Positions 1 through 8,206 of a DNA stretch of 39,603 nucleotides are shown piece after piece. The stretch covers positions 1 to 39,603 of IMG/VR virus record IMGVR_UViG_2778261067_000006, one strand, 5' to 3'. Position numbers and translations under genes: made by a program. Below the pieces are notes generated by a model. That model had not been told where the DNA came from. It did no database searches and saw nothing but the letters and a program-made list of their open reading frames with translations. The stretch comes from a virus (taxonomy: Duplodnaviria; Heunggongvirae; Uroviricota; Caudoviricetes). The number at the start of each line of letters is the position of its first letter. Positions within the stretch are counted from its first letter, which is position 1.

Positions 1-1248
1 ATGGCACTGAATATACCATTCAGAAATGTGTACTATCGTTTTGCATCCAGTTACTCATTTCTCTTTTTTATTTCCTGGTCGCTGTGGTGGTCGTTATACG
101 CTATTTGGCTGAAAGGACATCTAGGGTTGACTGGGACGGAATTAGGTACACTTTATTCGGTCAACCAGTTTACCAGCATTCTATTTATGATGGTCTACGG
201 CATCGTCCAGGATAAACTCGGTCTGAAGAAACCGCTTATCTGGTGTATGAGTTTCATCCTGGTCTTGACCGGACCGTTTATGATTTACGTTTATGAACCG
301 TTACTGCAAAGCAATTTTTCTGTAGGTCTAATTTTGGGGGCGCTCTTTTTTGGCTTGGGGTATCTGGCGGGCTGCGGTCTGCTTGATAGCTTCACCGAAA
401 AAATGGCACGAAATTTTCATTTCGAATATGGAACAGCGCGCGCCTGGGGATCTTTTGGCTATGCGATTGGCGCGTTCTTTGCTGGCATATTTTTCAGTAT
501 CAGTCCCCATATCAACTTCTGGTTGGTTTCGCTATTTGGCGCTGTATTTATGATGATCAACATGCGTTTTAAATATCAGGATCAGCAGTGCGTAGCGGCA
601 GATGCGGGAGGGGTAAAAAAAGAGGATTTTATTGCAGTTTTCAAGGATCGAAACTTCTGGATTTTCGTCATATTTATTGTGGGGACGTGGTCTTTCTATA
701 ACATTTTTGATCAACAGCTCTTTCCTGTTTTTTATGCAGGTTTATTCGAATCACACGATGTAGGAACGCGCCTGTATGGTTATCTCAACTCATTCCAGGT
801 TGTACTCGAAGCGCTGTGCATGGCCATTATTCCTTTCTTTGTTAATCGGGTAGGGCCAAAAAATGCATTACTTATCGGTGTTGTGATTATGGCGTTGCGT
901 ATTCTTTCCTGCGCACTGTTCGTTAATCCCTGGATTATTTCATTAGTGAAGCTGTTACATGCCATTGAGGTTCCACTGTGTGTCATTTCCGTCTTCAAAT
1001 ACAGCGTGGCAAACTTTGATAAGCGCCTGTCGTCGACGATCTTTCTGATTGGTTTTCAAATTGCCAGTTCGTTGGGGATTGTGTTGCTTTCAACGCCGAC
1101 TGGAATACTCTTTGACCATGCAGGTTACCAGACGGTTTTCTTCGTAATTTCGGGTATTGTCTGCCTGATGTTGTTATTTGGCATTTTCTTCCTGAGTAAA
1201 AAACGTGAGCAAATGGTGATGGAAACGCCTGTACCTTCTGCAATATAG
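1..1248 (+). CDS. MFS permease of the LacY/HcaT-like (oligosaccharide:H+ symporter) type; host flank
   Basis: Complete 415-aa ORF starting at base 1 with many hydrophobic segments. The N-terminal region (FISWSLWWSLYAIWLKG...) resembles LacY and HcaT as I remember them. No phage context. Confidence 0.7.
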   Translation: MALNIPFRNVYYRFASSYSFLFFISWSLWWSLYAIWLKGHLGLTGTELGTLYSVNQFTSILFMMVYGIVQDKLGLKKPLIWCMSFILVLTGPFMIYVYEPLLQSNFSVGLILGALFFGLGYLAGCGLLDSFTEKMARNFHFEYGTARAWGSFGYAIGAFFAGIFFSISPHINFWLVSLFGAVFMMINMRFKYQDQQCVAADAGGVKKEDFIAVFKDRNFWIFVIFIVGTWSFYNIFDQQLFPVFYAGLFESHDVGTRLYGYLNSFQVVLEALCMAIIPFFVNRVGPKNALLIGVVIMALRILSCALFVNPWIISLVKLLHAIEVPLCVISVFKYSVANFDKRLSSTIFLIGFQIASSLGIVLLSTPTGILFDHAGYQTVFFVISGIVCLMLLFGIFFLSKKREQMVMETPVPSAI

Positions 1249-1683
1249 ACGTAAACTCATTCCGGTTGTTGTCGATAGCTCTATATCCCTCAACCGGAAA
1301 ATAATAATACCAAAATGCTTAGCGCGGCTAATAATCGCCTAATCCAAACGCCTCATTCATGTTCTGGAACAGTCGCTCAAATGTACTCAGGATACGCGGT
1401 TCGCTGATTTCCAGGATATTGTCGTAATTCAGCGACCTGTCCCGTGTATCACGGGCCTGCTAATCCATCAAGGAATGCATTGCGGAGTGAAGTATCGAGT
1501 CAAGCCAGATTTCGCGATCAGGATTCTGTGTGATGATTACATTGCCAGGCCCGGGGCTGTTTAGTCATCGCCGCACAGTGCTGAGATTTCAACCTGTTGC
1601 AGGGAAAATGAGTAGATTTAGGGCAAGTGTGCTGCCAAACCCAACTTTTACGCGGGGAAGGTAGATTTCGTTGGAAGGATAAA

Positions 1684-1698
1684 TGGTGTCCCCTGCAG
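1684..1698 (-). other. 3'-terminal tRNA fragment (CTGCAGGGGACACCA on the minus strand); putative attR core
   Basis: The minus strand reads CTGCAGGGGACACCA, which matches the acceptor 3' strand plus discriminator and CCA of enterobacterial tRNA-Arg (argW-like) as I recall it. No upstream tRNA body is present, so this is a fragment. Confidence 0.45.
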
Positions 1699-1771
1699 AC
1701 ATCTACTTGAGGCGGCAGGGGATTGATTGGAATGGTGTTTTTTAGATGTGAAAAATATTTTACCCGCTATT

Positions 1772-1972
1772 TTACCCATTGGCGCGGCTTAAGAGCTTAT
1801 TTTTGAATTCACAATGGTCACGATATAACCATCTTGCTCGCCCGTGGATAACTTTGGCTTTTGGCAGGTCGCCGGACTTAATCCGGTCATAGATGAAGGT
1901 TTTACCGAAGCCAGTATCGGCCATGATGAATTTCAAATCAACCAGTGAATCAGGCTGTAGTTCGTGTTGCAT
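1772..1972 (-). CDS. AlpA-family helix-turn-helix protein (excisionase/regulator-like)
   Basis: 66-aa ORF with the pattern ...FIMADTGFGKTFIYDRIKSGDLP...RARWLYRD..., typical of AlpA/Xis-type small DNA-binding proteins. Lies next to the att-like fragments. Confidence 0.65.
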   Translation of the reverse strand: MQHELQPDSLVDLKFIMADTGFGKTFIYDRIKSGDLPKAKVIHGRARWLYRDHCEFKNKLLSRANG

Positions 1973-1990
1973 GAGTGCTATCTCCGAATA

Positions 1991-2005
1991 GGGAATCGAA
2001 CCTGC
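1991..2005 (-). other. tRNA T-arm-like fragment (GCAGGTTCGATTCC on the minus strand)
   Basis: 14-nt match to the T-stem/T-loop of the same tRNA-Arg-like sequence; the match breaks immediately after, so it is a fragment, not a gene. Confidence 0.35.
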
Positions 2006-2013
2006 AAATCAGG

Positions 2014-2039
2014 TAATAAAAAACCGCCATCAGGCGGTT
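2014..2039 (-). terminator. Rho-independent terminator at the end of the leftward early operon
   Basis: Minus strand reads AACCGCC-TGAT-GGCGGTT followed by a T-run: perfect 7-bp stem with a tetraloop. Confidence 0.6.
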
Positions 2040-2197
2040 TGGTGTTCTTTCAGTTCTTCAATTCGAATATTGGTTACGTCTGCATGTGCTATCTGCGCCC
2101 ATATCATCCAGTGGTTATAGCAGTCGTTGATGTCCTCTGCTTCGATAACCCTGTCGAATGGTTCTCCATTCCATTCACCTGTGACTCGGAAGTGCAT
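2033..2197 (-). CDS. Small hypothetical protein (55 aa), last gene of the leftward operon
   Basis: ATG preceded by GGAGATGATAA; stop overlaps the terminator stem. Below the ORF-track cutoff; hand-translated. Confidence 0.3.
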
Positions 2198-2269
2198 TTA
2201 TCATCTCCATAAAACAAAACTCGCCGTAGCGAGTTCAGATAAAAGAAATCCCCGCGAGTGCGAGGATTG

Positions 2270-2554
2270 TTATTCATTGCTGATATTCACCTTTATCGCG
2301 AACACCTTTACCAGTTTATCACCGAAGTGCGGATGTGTGATTGTCTTGATTTCATATCCGTCATACGGAATATCAATTCTGCGGCTGGAATCGTCGCGCT
2401 TCGGATATCCCTTTGTGATAATCAGGCGGTCATACTCCCGGAACATAATTCGCTTATTCCAGTAGTCATTACACAGGCGATACTCTTCCGTTTTCTCTCC
2501 GCGAATCATGGCATCGAAGTATTCACCTTTGACGGCAAGTTGCAGGTTAGCCAC
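2270..2554 (-). CDS. Hypothetical phage protein, possibly ASCH/PUA-like (DUF3850-like)
   Basis: 94-aa ORF whose start overlaps the upstream gene's end. The motif ...KGEYFDAMIRGEKTEEYR... resembles DUF3850/ASCH proteins from memory. Confidence 0.45.
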   Translation of the reverse strand: MANLQLAVKGEYFDAMIRGEKTEEYRLCNDYWNKRIMFREYDRLIITKGYPKRDDSSRRIDIPYDGYEIKTITHPHFGDKLVKVFAIKVNISNE

Positions 2555-3224
2555 GGTTAACCTCCTGCGGCGGTTCTGGTAGCGGCATCCAGAACAAGGC
2601 GTTCCCTAACCAGGATAAAGTGCCGTCGCTCAACTCCACGTATTCCCCTTGCACCTGTCCTGCCATATACTCACCGTGCTTTGAATAAATTAAAATCCAA
2701 TCATCTTGAGCGGGCATTCGCTCACTACAGCTTATCCAACCATCCGGAGTTACCTGAGAATTGCCATTTACCAAGTCAGCTCGAACATATAGCGTGTCAT
2801 CATGGTGCTGATTGTGGCTGCACCACGTTAATTCGCTTAACTCGCCATCTTCTGGCCATACTCCAGCTGTTTGCAGCCAGATATGGGCTGGCGCATCCTG
2901 GCAAGGTGTATTAACTGGAAACTTGTAAGTTTGGCTTACAGGTTGGCCTCCCTGAAGCATGGCGGCGCGGTGACACCAGATAATCCAGCCAAGCGCCATA
3001 TCCCATGCCATGTATTCTCTATCGCCATTTTTCGCCCTGCGGCGATCTACAGATTCCCCGAAACGCTTCTCCATAAATAATTCATAGGCTGCTCGTTCAT
3101 CCGATACTGCTGCCAGTGATGCCAGTGCAATTCGTGCCAGTTCCATTTGTTCGCCACGGGTAAGCCCGTTTCCAAGCGGATTTTTAATGAATAATTCGAT
3201 ACGTTCTTTGGTAATAGAATTCAT
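2547..3224 (-). CDS. Phage accessory protein with a C-terminal DUF551-like domain
   Basis: 225-aa ORF; the C-terminal W/P/G-rich segment (...DGWISCSERMPAQDDWILIY...WMPLPEPP) resembles DUF551 of lambdoid early regions. Confidence 0.5.
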   Translation of the reverse strand: MNSITKERIELFIKNPLGNGLTRGEQMELARIALASLAAVSDERAAYELFMEKRFGESVDRRRAKNGDREYMAWDMALGWIIWCHRAAMLQGGQPVSQTYKFPVNTPCQDAPAHIWLQTAGVWPEDGELSELTWCSHNQHHDDTLYVRADLVNGNSQVTPDGWISCSERMPAQDDWILIYSKHGEYMAGQVQGEYVELSDGTLSWLGNALFWMPLPEPPQEVNRG

Positions 3225-3736
3225 GCCGCGTTTCCTTCTTTCTTATTAACAATTACACCGTCATATATTTCATTAAGGTGCCCTCTCAACTCCATGCGCC
3301 TTAATGCAGATAACATGTAATCGCATTCAACCTGCTTATTTCCAGTAAATGGCTTATCGTCAGGATTACCCCAACAGCAATTACCCTTGGGCCACCCATG
3401 TACTTTCCGTACTCTTCCGTTAACAACGTGAAGTAATCCCCAGCCAGGTGGTAAATCCTCAATTGAAATAATTCCCGGCTCACTAATAAAGAATCGCCAG
3501 TCGCCCATTCCAAGAGACGGATTTTTACGAAAACGCTTTTTTCTATCTGCCAACAAGTCAGCACGAGAACATTTCGCCTCTATCAGGCATGATGCTGAAT
3601 TTCTGAATCCCATAGCATCTGGCTGTTCTCCGGTACTGGTTACAGCTATAAAGCGGTCATGAAAACAAACCTTGAACCCGTTGCGCTTAAGGAATTTGTA
3701 CGCAATCTGACAGAGTTCGCGGTGTGTTAACGCCAT
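3221..3736 (-). CDS. Hypothetical protein with a PD-(D/E)xK-like motif
   Basis: Start placed at the internal ATG (3736) with an AAGGAG SD 7 nt upstream, which also removes the overlap with the upstream gene. Motif ...PDAMG...(12 aa)...LIEAK... is suggestive only. Confidence 0.45.
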   Translation of the reverse strand: MALTHRELCQIAYKFLKRNGFKVCFHDRFIAVTSTGEQPDAMGFRNSASCLIEAKCSRADLLADRKKRFRKNPSLGMGDWRFFISEPGIISIEDLPPGWGLLHVVNGRVRKVHGWPKGNCCWGNPDDKPFTGNKQVECDYMLSALRRMELRGHLNEIYDGVIVNKKEGNAA

Positions 3737-3737
3737 A

Positions 3738-4259
3738 TCACTCTCCTTTGATGCGAATGCCAGTAGCGCGGATTGCATCGATGACTTCAGAAACTTTGTA
3801 TGCCATTACCGTTTGGTAATCATCGTGAAAATCTGTTCGATGAAGCATGCTGCTACGTTCCGGGAGCAGTATTTCCCGCTCCTCCAGTTCTGCTATGCGC
3901 TTACTTCCATCCGCGATTACTCCCTCGTAATACTCGCGTTGCTCGTTGAGTTTTGATTTTGCTTCCTCAAGCTCAACACGCAGTTTCCCTACCGTTAGCG
4001 CAATATCCTCGTTCTCCTGGTCACGGCGTTTGATGTATTGCTTGTTTCTTTCCCGTTCATCCAGCAGTGCCAAAGAAATCTTTGGATTAAAGGCAGCAAT
4101 AAATTCAGCGTTGTTTTTCAGAACGTGTTGCGCAATGGCCTGACTACTTAGTCGGACCTCATAACCACGTGCGCCACGGTGTGGTTTATATGAGTCCCAG
4201 TCTCCCCACGTTGCTTTCTCTGCCGCTTCACGCAGTGCCTGATAGTCAATCTTGTTCAT
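3738..4259 (-). CDS. Ead/Ea22-like early-region protein
   Basis: 173-aa acidic coiled-coil-rich ORF; N-terminus MNKIDYQALREAAEKATWGDW resembles the Ead/Ea22 family of lambdoid phages. Confidence 0.55.
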   Translation of the reverse strand: MNKIDYQALREAAEKATWGDWDSYKPHRGARGYEVRLSSQAIAQHVLKNNAEFIAAFNPKISLALLDERERNKQYIKRRDQENEDIALTVGKLRVELEEAKSKLNEQREYYEGVIADGSKRIAELEEREILLPERSSMLHRTDFHDDYQTVMAYKVSEVIDAIRATGIRIKGE

Positions 4260-4260
4260 G

Positions 4261-4563
4261 TCACATCACCCTGAATCCGTTGCATTTACGTAAGAAATCG
4301 CAGATGTAGCCCTTCATTTTTTCGTGCCAATCTCGATCATTCCCATTGCACCAACCATCAGGTGGAGTCCAGTTTTCTATCAGAGCAGCCATTTTCTTTG
4401 CTTTCGCCGGAGTAGCTGTTGCGGTATCGCAGTAATGACGAGTGTCAACCAAAGCATCCATACCATCGATATCAAGTACGCAAAACCATGTGTGATTCGG
4501 AATTCCTACAGGTGGTATTTGTTGCCCACGTCGACGTTTATCAATAAGATATACACTCACTGC
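4261..4563 (-). CDS. Hypothetical early-region protein
   Basis: ORF-track ORF 4261..4581; likely GTG start at 4563 preceded by AAGGAGG. Confidence 0.45.
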   Translation of the reverse strand, partial: AVSVYLIDKRRRGQQIPPVGIPNHTWFCVLDIDGMDALVDTRHYCDTATATPAKAKKMAALIENWTPPDGWCNGNDRDWHEKMKGYICDFLRKCNGFRVM

Positions 4564-4720
4564 TTGCCTCCTTTGCGCCACATCGCATTCAGATATTTGT
4601 TTTGATTTACTGACGGAAAAGAATTTCTCTTAAGCAATTCCTCTCTCGATGGCATTGGCTTTACGCGTTTGCGAATAATCATTTCTGCCGGAAGAATGCC
4701 GGGATTGTATGCAAGTCATC

Positions 4721-5002
4721 TCATGATTTACTCTCCACGAACTGGTCAATAGCCATGCTAAGTGATACACCTAAAGTCTCGATATGCTGCTGAATATCCT
4801 GTAGCGTCTGCGCCTGAGATAACAGGATTTCACGGTTGCATAACTCTTTGACCAGATGCTCAAACTTGCTGTAATAACCGATACGGCTTAGTGTTTCTTT
4901 CCCTGCATTCTCGCCTTCTTTGATAATTCCTCTTTCACTAAGAATCAGGTCGTGTTTGGTTCCGGTAATAACGTATTTGCCGAGGTCGATGTTTAGCTTC
5001 AT
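4721..5002 (-). CDS. Hypothetical early-region protein (93 aa)
   Basis: Intact ORF in the leftward operon; no family recognised. Confidence 0.45.
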   Translation of the reverse strand: MKLNIDLGKYVITGTKHDLILSERGIIKEGENAGKETLSRIGYYSKFEHLVKELCNREILLSQAQTLQDIQQHIETLGVSLSMAIDQFVESKS

Positions 5003-5018
5003 TGTTAATTACTCCATG

Positions 5019-5333
5019 TTAATTTATTCGTATGCCTGCTCTTTCTTCATCGAGTTTTTTTAGCTTGTATCGCATAGCTCTTACTGAATAAATTGAGCGG
5101 CAGGTTGCAATTGCTATTTCTTCTGCGGAGAACTTACCGAAAAGTGATACTTCGGCTCTTGTCCATCGTCTTCCACGAAGTCGGCTAACAATGTCAGCGC
5201 CAATCCTTGTTGCTTTCGCCATTACTGCTTTTTCAGTCCTTTCCAGTTTTTCAGCGATAACTTCAACTGGCATTGTCGCCGCTACTTCGCGCAAGAAATC
5301 GACTTCCCATTTCTCCCAAGGAGTCTTTTTCAT
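5019..5333 (-). CDS. Hypothetical early-region protein (104 aa), basic, possibly DNA-binding
   Basis: Intact ORF in the operon; no family recognised. Confidence 0.45.
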   Translation of the reverse strand: MKKTPWEKWEVDFLREVAATMPVEVIAEKLERTEKAVMAKATRIGADIVSRLRGRRWTRAEVSLFGKFSAEEIAIATCRSIYSVRAMRYKLKKLDEERAGIRIN

Positions 5334-5344
5334 AGGCGATACCG

Positions 5345-5833
5345 TTATTTGATAAGAAGTGAAGGTTTCCCAACCTTGAGTTGAGCGCCTGGGATATTTA
5401 TTCCTGCTTTTAGTTGGTGCTTGATTGCCAACTTGTCGGCTTTAATTGTCGTTTCAAACTCAACGTATTCAGGAGGAAGGGCGCTTGAGTCGATGATTTC
5501 TACAGTTTCTGACGGTTTGCGGATTGTTACCTGGTGAATACCTGCTCGCATCTTTTTCTTGCCAACCATTTCAAGCGATGACGCTATATACGCCATAATG
5601 CTGTCAATCTTATTTTGAATTACTGCGGCTCGCTCATTTAGTGACTTTGCCTCTTCCTTGAGGCGTTCAGCATAACCAGATTCATTTTTAATGACGGAAA
5701 GAAGTTGCTCTATTTTATCGGTAAATTCTCCTTCCATGCCTTCTATTGTGTCAGCAATCATCTCTGGTTCTAAATCTGAATCCATCAATTTTGCGTATTC
5801 ATTGGCTATTTCATACAGTTTGCTCACTGGCAA
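5345..5833 (-). CDS. Gp157-like protein (Siphovirus_Gp157 family), recombination-module associated
   Basis: 162-aa acidic N-terminus/coiled-coil ORF immediately downstream of RecT; this family is commonly paired with RecT/Erf. Assigned from memory. Confidence 0.45.
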   Translation of the reverse strand: MPVSKLYEIANEYAKLMDSDLEPEMIADTIEGMEGEFTDKIEQLLSVIKNESGYAERLKEEAKSLNERAAVIQNKIDSIMAYIASSLEMVGKKKMRAGIHQVTIRKPSETVEIIDSSALPPEYVEFETTIKADKLAIKHQLKAGINIPGAQLKVGKPSLLIK

Positions 5834-6722
5834 CCTCCAGTTTCGCTTTGCATTCTATGTAAATGGCTTGTACGTTCTGCTGCAATTTCATTCCAGATGT
5901 CAGGCGATATGCTTCTGCAAAATATCGCTTCAAATCATCCATGTTTTCTGCCTGAGCCATTTCATCACAAAGAAGTTGTGCTTTATCCGTTATTTCCTGC
6001 TGGCGTTTCCGTTCATCTTCGCGGATATCTTCCTCTGATTTGTGCGGCATAACTGGTTCAGTCCACACACCTTCTTCTTCGTTTAGTACGTGAATAGCAC
6101 TATCAAGACGTGATGCCTTAGGCCAATACTTGCTTGCACGCTTTACGACCGTCTTTCGCGCCATCTCATTCCAGTGATTTACCCATGGTCCTTTATCGCT
6201 GAATGCCGCCTTGCTTGTTTTCCTTACAGCCTCAATTTCAGCCAGACTCATCTCTTCCGTTAGATAATCACCTGCTGGCGTCTTAACTGTGCAGTAAACG
6301 CCAACGATATCACCACGATCACCGAAGGCGTTGTATTTATGGGTTGGTGCTTTATCAAGCCCGTTTGACTCATAGGTATCGTTAGCATGAACAATTTTTG
6401 CCTGACCCCATGAGATAACACCAGACTCCATTGCAATATGGAGCAATCCCATATAGCTGATATCAAGGCAAACCATGCCATCGCGCGGAACCAGATAAGC
6501 CAGTTTGCTTGCAGGGTTTAAGGTGATGCCGATCGCCGCAACATTGATGATGGCGTTCTGTGCGCTGGTTGGATTTGCCAGTGCCGTTTTAGCCAGGTAA
6601 TCATTTTTCTGGAAATACTGAATTGCAAACTGGCTTTCCTTAGCCCATGTCACCGTATGTTCAGTCAATGCTCCGCAGAATAACTGCTCTTGCTGTTTAA
6701 CGAATTCAACGATATTGCTCAT
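5811..6722 (-). CDS. recT: RecT/Bet-family single-strand annealing recombinase
   Basis: 303-aa ORF; segment GPWVNHWNEMARKTVVKRASKYWP parallels RecT GPWVTHWEEMAKKTAIRRLFKYLP. Confidence 0.85.
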   Translation of the reverse strand: MSNIVEFVKQQEQLFCGALTEHTVTWAKESQFAIQYFQKNDYLAKTALANPTSAQNAIINVAAIGITLNPASKLAYLVPRDGMVCLDISYMGLLHIAMESGVISWGQAKIVHANDTYESNGLDKAPTHKYNAFGDRGDIVGVYCTVKTPAGDYLTEEMSLAEIEAVRKTSKAAFSDKGPWVNHWNEMARKTVVKRASKYWPKASRLDSAIHVLNEEEGVWTEPVMPHKSEEDIREDERKRQQEITDKAQLLCDEMAQAENMDDLKRYFAEAYRLTSGMKLQQNVQAIYIECKAKLEVASEQTV

Positions 6723-7030
6723 GCTGCTTCTCCAAAAATGTGTCTGCGTTTGAATATTGCGAAGGCATATTCAGCCTTAACTCTTTTGGTTATTGCATCC
6801 CAGAACCATTCAGCGGCTTTTTCCTGATAGTCACAGTCATCATCTTCCAGCCAGTCGATAGCGTCCTTAGTGTGTTCATCTGGTTTATATGAGCGAAGCA
6901 TTTCGCTTATTGGGTCGCAACGTTTGCAGAGGCGATCAACTTCACTGTTGATTCGTTCGTAATCTTCATCAGTAAAACTTGCGATTATTTGCGATATTTC
7001 ACGCTTATCATTCAGAGTCAGAATCATCAT
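6719..7030 (-). CDS. Hypothetical early-region protein (103 aa)
   Basis: Intact ORF; its stop overlaps the recT start (translational coupling). Confidence 0.45.
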   Translation of the reverse strand: MMILTLNDKREISQIIASFTDEDYERINSEVDRLCKRCDPISEMLRSYKPDEHTKDAIDWLEDDDCDYQEKAAEWFWDAITKRVKAEYAFAIFKRRHIFGEAA

Positions 7031-7111
7031 CTTTCTCCTGTTCTTTGTGCTGATTGAGCATTTTGTTCATCTGACGAATGAATTCTTCGTCTGACCAGTT
7101 ATCTGTAAAAC

Positions 7112-7282
7112 TCATGGGCGGCCTTGTTGTTTCAAAATATCCCAAAGCTTTTCGAGCAAACTTTTCATTCTTGGTTGTTTAAAGTCTGCTCCGGTTAAAA
7201 TATTCTTTCGTGAATGCTGTACCGATAAAATCGGGTTGAAAGGGCGAACCGATGCCGCCCCTGCAATAGCGAACTGTTGCAT
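7112..7282 (-). CDS. cIII: cIII-like protein (FtsH inhibitor-like)
   Basis: Start taken at the internal ATG (7282) with a GGAG SD. MQQFAIAG... and ...SLLEKLWDILKQQGRP resemble lambda CIII (MQYAIAG ... RLIDILNQPG). Position between N and the recombination module fits. Confidence 0.55.
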   Translation of the reverse strand: MQQFAIAGAASVRPFNPILSVQHSRKNILTGADFKQPRMKSLLEKLWDILKQQGRP

Positions 7283-7489
7283 AGGATGCTCCTTCTGTTT
7301 GATTGCATAACGAAAACGCCTCAAGTGAAGCGTTATTGGTATGCATATAAAAAAGCCATCACATAGGAGGGCAAAGAAGATTTCCAATAATCAGAACAAG
7401 TCGGCTCCTGTTTAGTTACGAGCGACATTGCTCCGTGTATTCACTCGTTGGAATGAATACACAGTGCAGTATTTATTCTGTTGTTTATG

Positions 7490-7517
7490 CTAAAAATAAA
7501 GGACGACTATGCGTCCT
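7490..7517 (-). terminator. Intrinsic terminator inside the leftward operon
   Basis: Minus strand: AGGACG-(loop)-CGTCCT followed by TTATTTTTAG, directly after the stop of the 7522..7887 gene. Confidence 0.5.
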
Positions 7518-7521
7518 GAAA

Positions 7522-7887
7522 TTACTTAACCAATGATGCTGCATATTCGATAAGGTAAAGTTTTGGAGCAAGCCAAATTTTCAGCCAGTCGAAATAATTG
7601 AAGAAAACAACAATAGAAGTAATCGCTATTCCTGATGTAACAAGTAGTGATAAAAGAACAATATCTGCATCATCTCCTTTATTCCATGCAAAAATCATCA
7701 GATAAACACACGCTATAATCACCAATACACAGATAGCCTGAATTCCAGCTGATGATACGGCGTGCCACATCAAAAGCTGATGGATGACATCAGGAATCTG
7801 TGCCTGGCTAAATGAAACAGCCGCGTCTATTCCATTGCTGGCTTTTTGCAGTAGTTCTACGAGAATCTTGTTTGCTTGTTCTTCCAT
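7522..7887 (-). CDS. Small integral membrane protein (121 aa) in the sieB-like position
   Basis: ORF with an AAGGTGA SD; soluble N-terminus followed by two to three hydrophobic helices; flanked on both sides by terminator hairpins. Confidence 0.55.
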   Translation of the reverse strand: MEEQANKILVELLQKASNGIDAAVSFSQAQIPDVIHQLLMWHAVSSAGIQAICVLVIIACVYLMIFAWNKGDDADIVLLSLLVTSGIAITSIVVFFNYFDWLKIWLAPKLYLIEYAASLVK

Positions 7888-7928
7888 ATATCACCTTGAT
7901 TGTAATAAGCATGAAATTATTTACGGCT

Positions 7929-7959
7929 AAAAAATAAAGGCCACCATCAGGCAGCCTTG
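7929..7959 (-). terminator. Intrinsic terminator after the ral-position gene
   Basis: Minus strand: 9-bp stem (two G-U pairs), loop TGAT, then TATTTTTTA; the loop overlaps the stop codon of the 7947..8198 ORF. Confidence 0.45.
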
Positions 7960-8198
7960 TTGTAAATGTTGCAGGTATCAAGTAAGTAATTAGATGGAGC
8001 GCCATAAATTATGAATTCATCGTTTGTCGGGTCCATCTCCATCTCTTGGCCTATTGCCATTCTTGCGTCAGTGTCATCAGCGGCGAAGCATAAAACAGCC
8101 CACGCACCCATTGTTTTAAAAAGAACTGCAATTGGCTGTGGTTTTACTGAATTTGCGTTAGCGCGAAAATCATAAATCGCACTTTCATGAAATTCCAT
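7947..8198 (-). CDS. Hypothetical early protein in the ral/gene-17 position
   Basis: 83-aa ORF immediately downstream of N; no family recognised with confidence. Confidence 0.45.
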   Translation of the reverse strand: MEFHESAIYDFRANANSVKPQPIAVLFKTMGAWAVLCFAADDTDARMAIGQEMEMDPTNDEFIIYGAPSNYLLDTCNIYNKAA

Positions 8199-8206
8199 AT
8201 ATCACC

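Noticed and set aside
328-998. Track ORFs inside or antisense to the host permease gene (328..510, 350..553, 532..714, 780..998)
   Set aside because: Embedded in a well-supported 415-aa membrane transporter ORF; no independent signals.
1-1248. Permease as phage-borne cargo
   Set aside because: It lies outside the tRNA-fragment boundary, has host-like composition and no phage neighbours on its left; interpreted as chromosomal flank.
7283-7387. N-terminal extension of the cIII-like ORF (MEIFFALLCDGFFICIPITL...)
   Set aside because: The extension comes from an AT-rich leader, is hydrophobic nonsense-like and lacks an SD; the internal ATG with GGAG SD gives a 56-aa protein matching cIII in length and sequence pattern.
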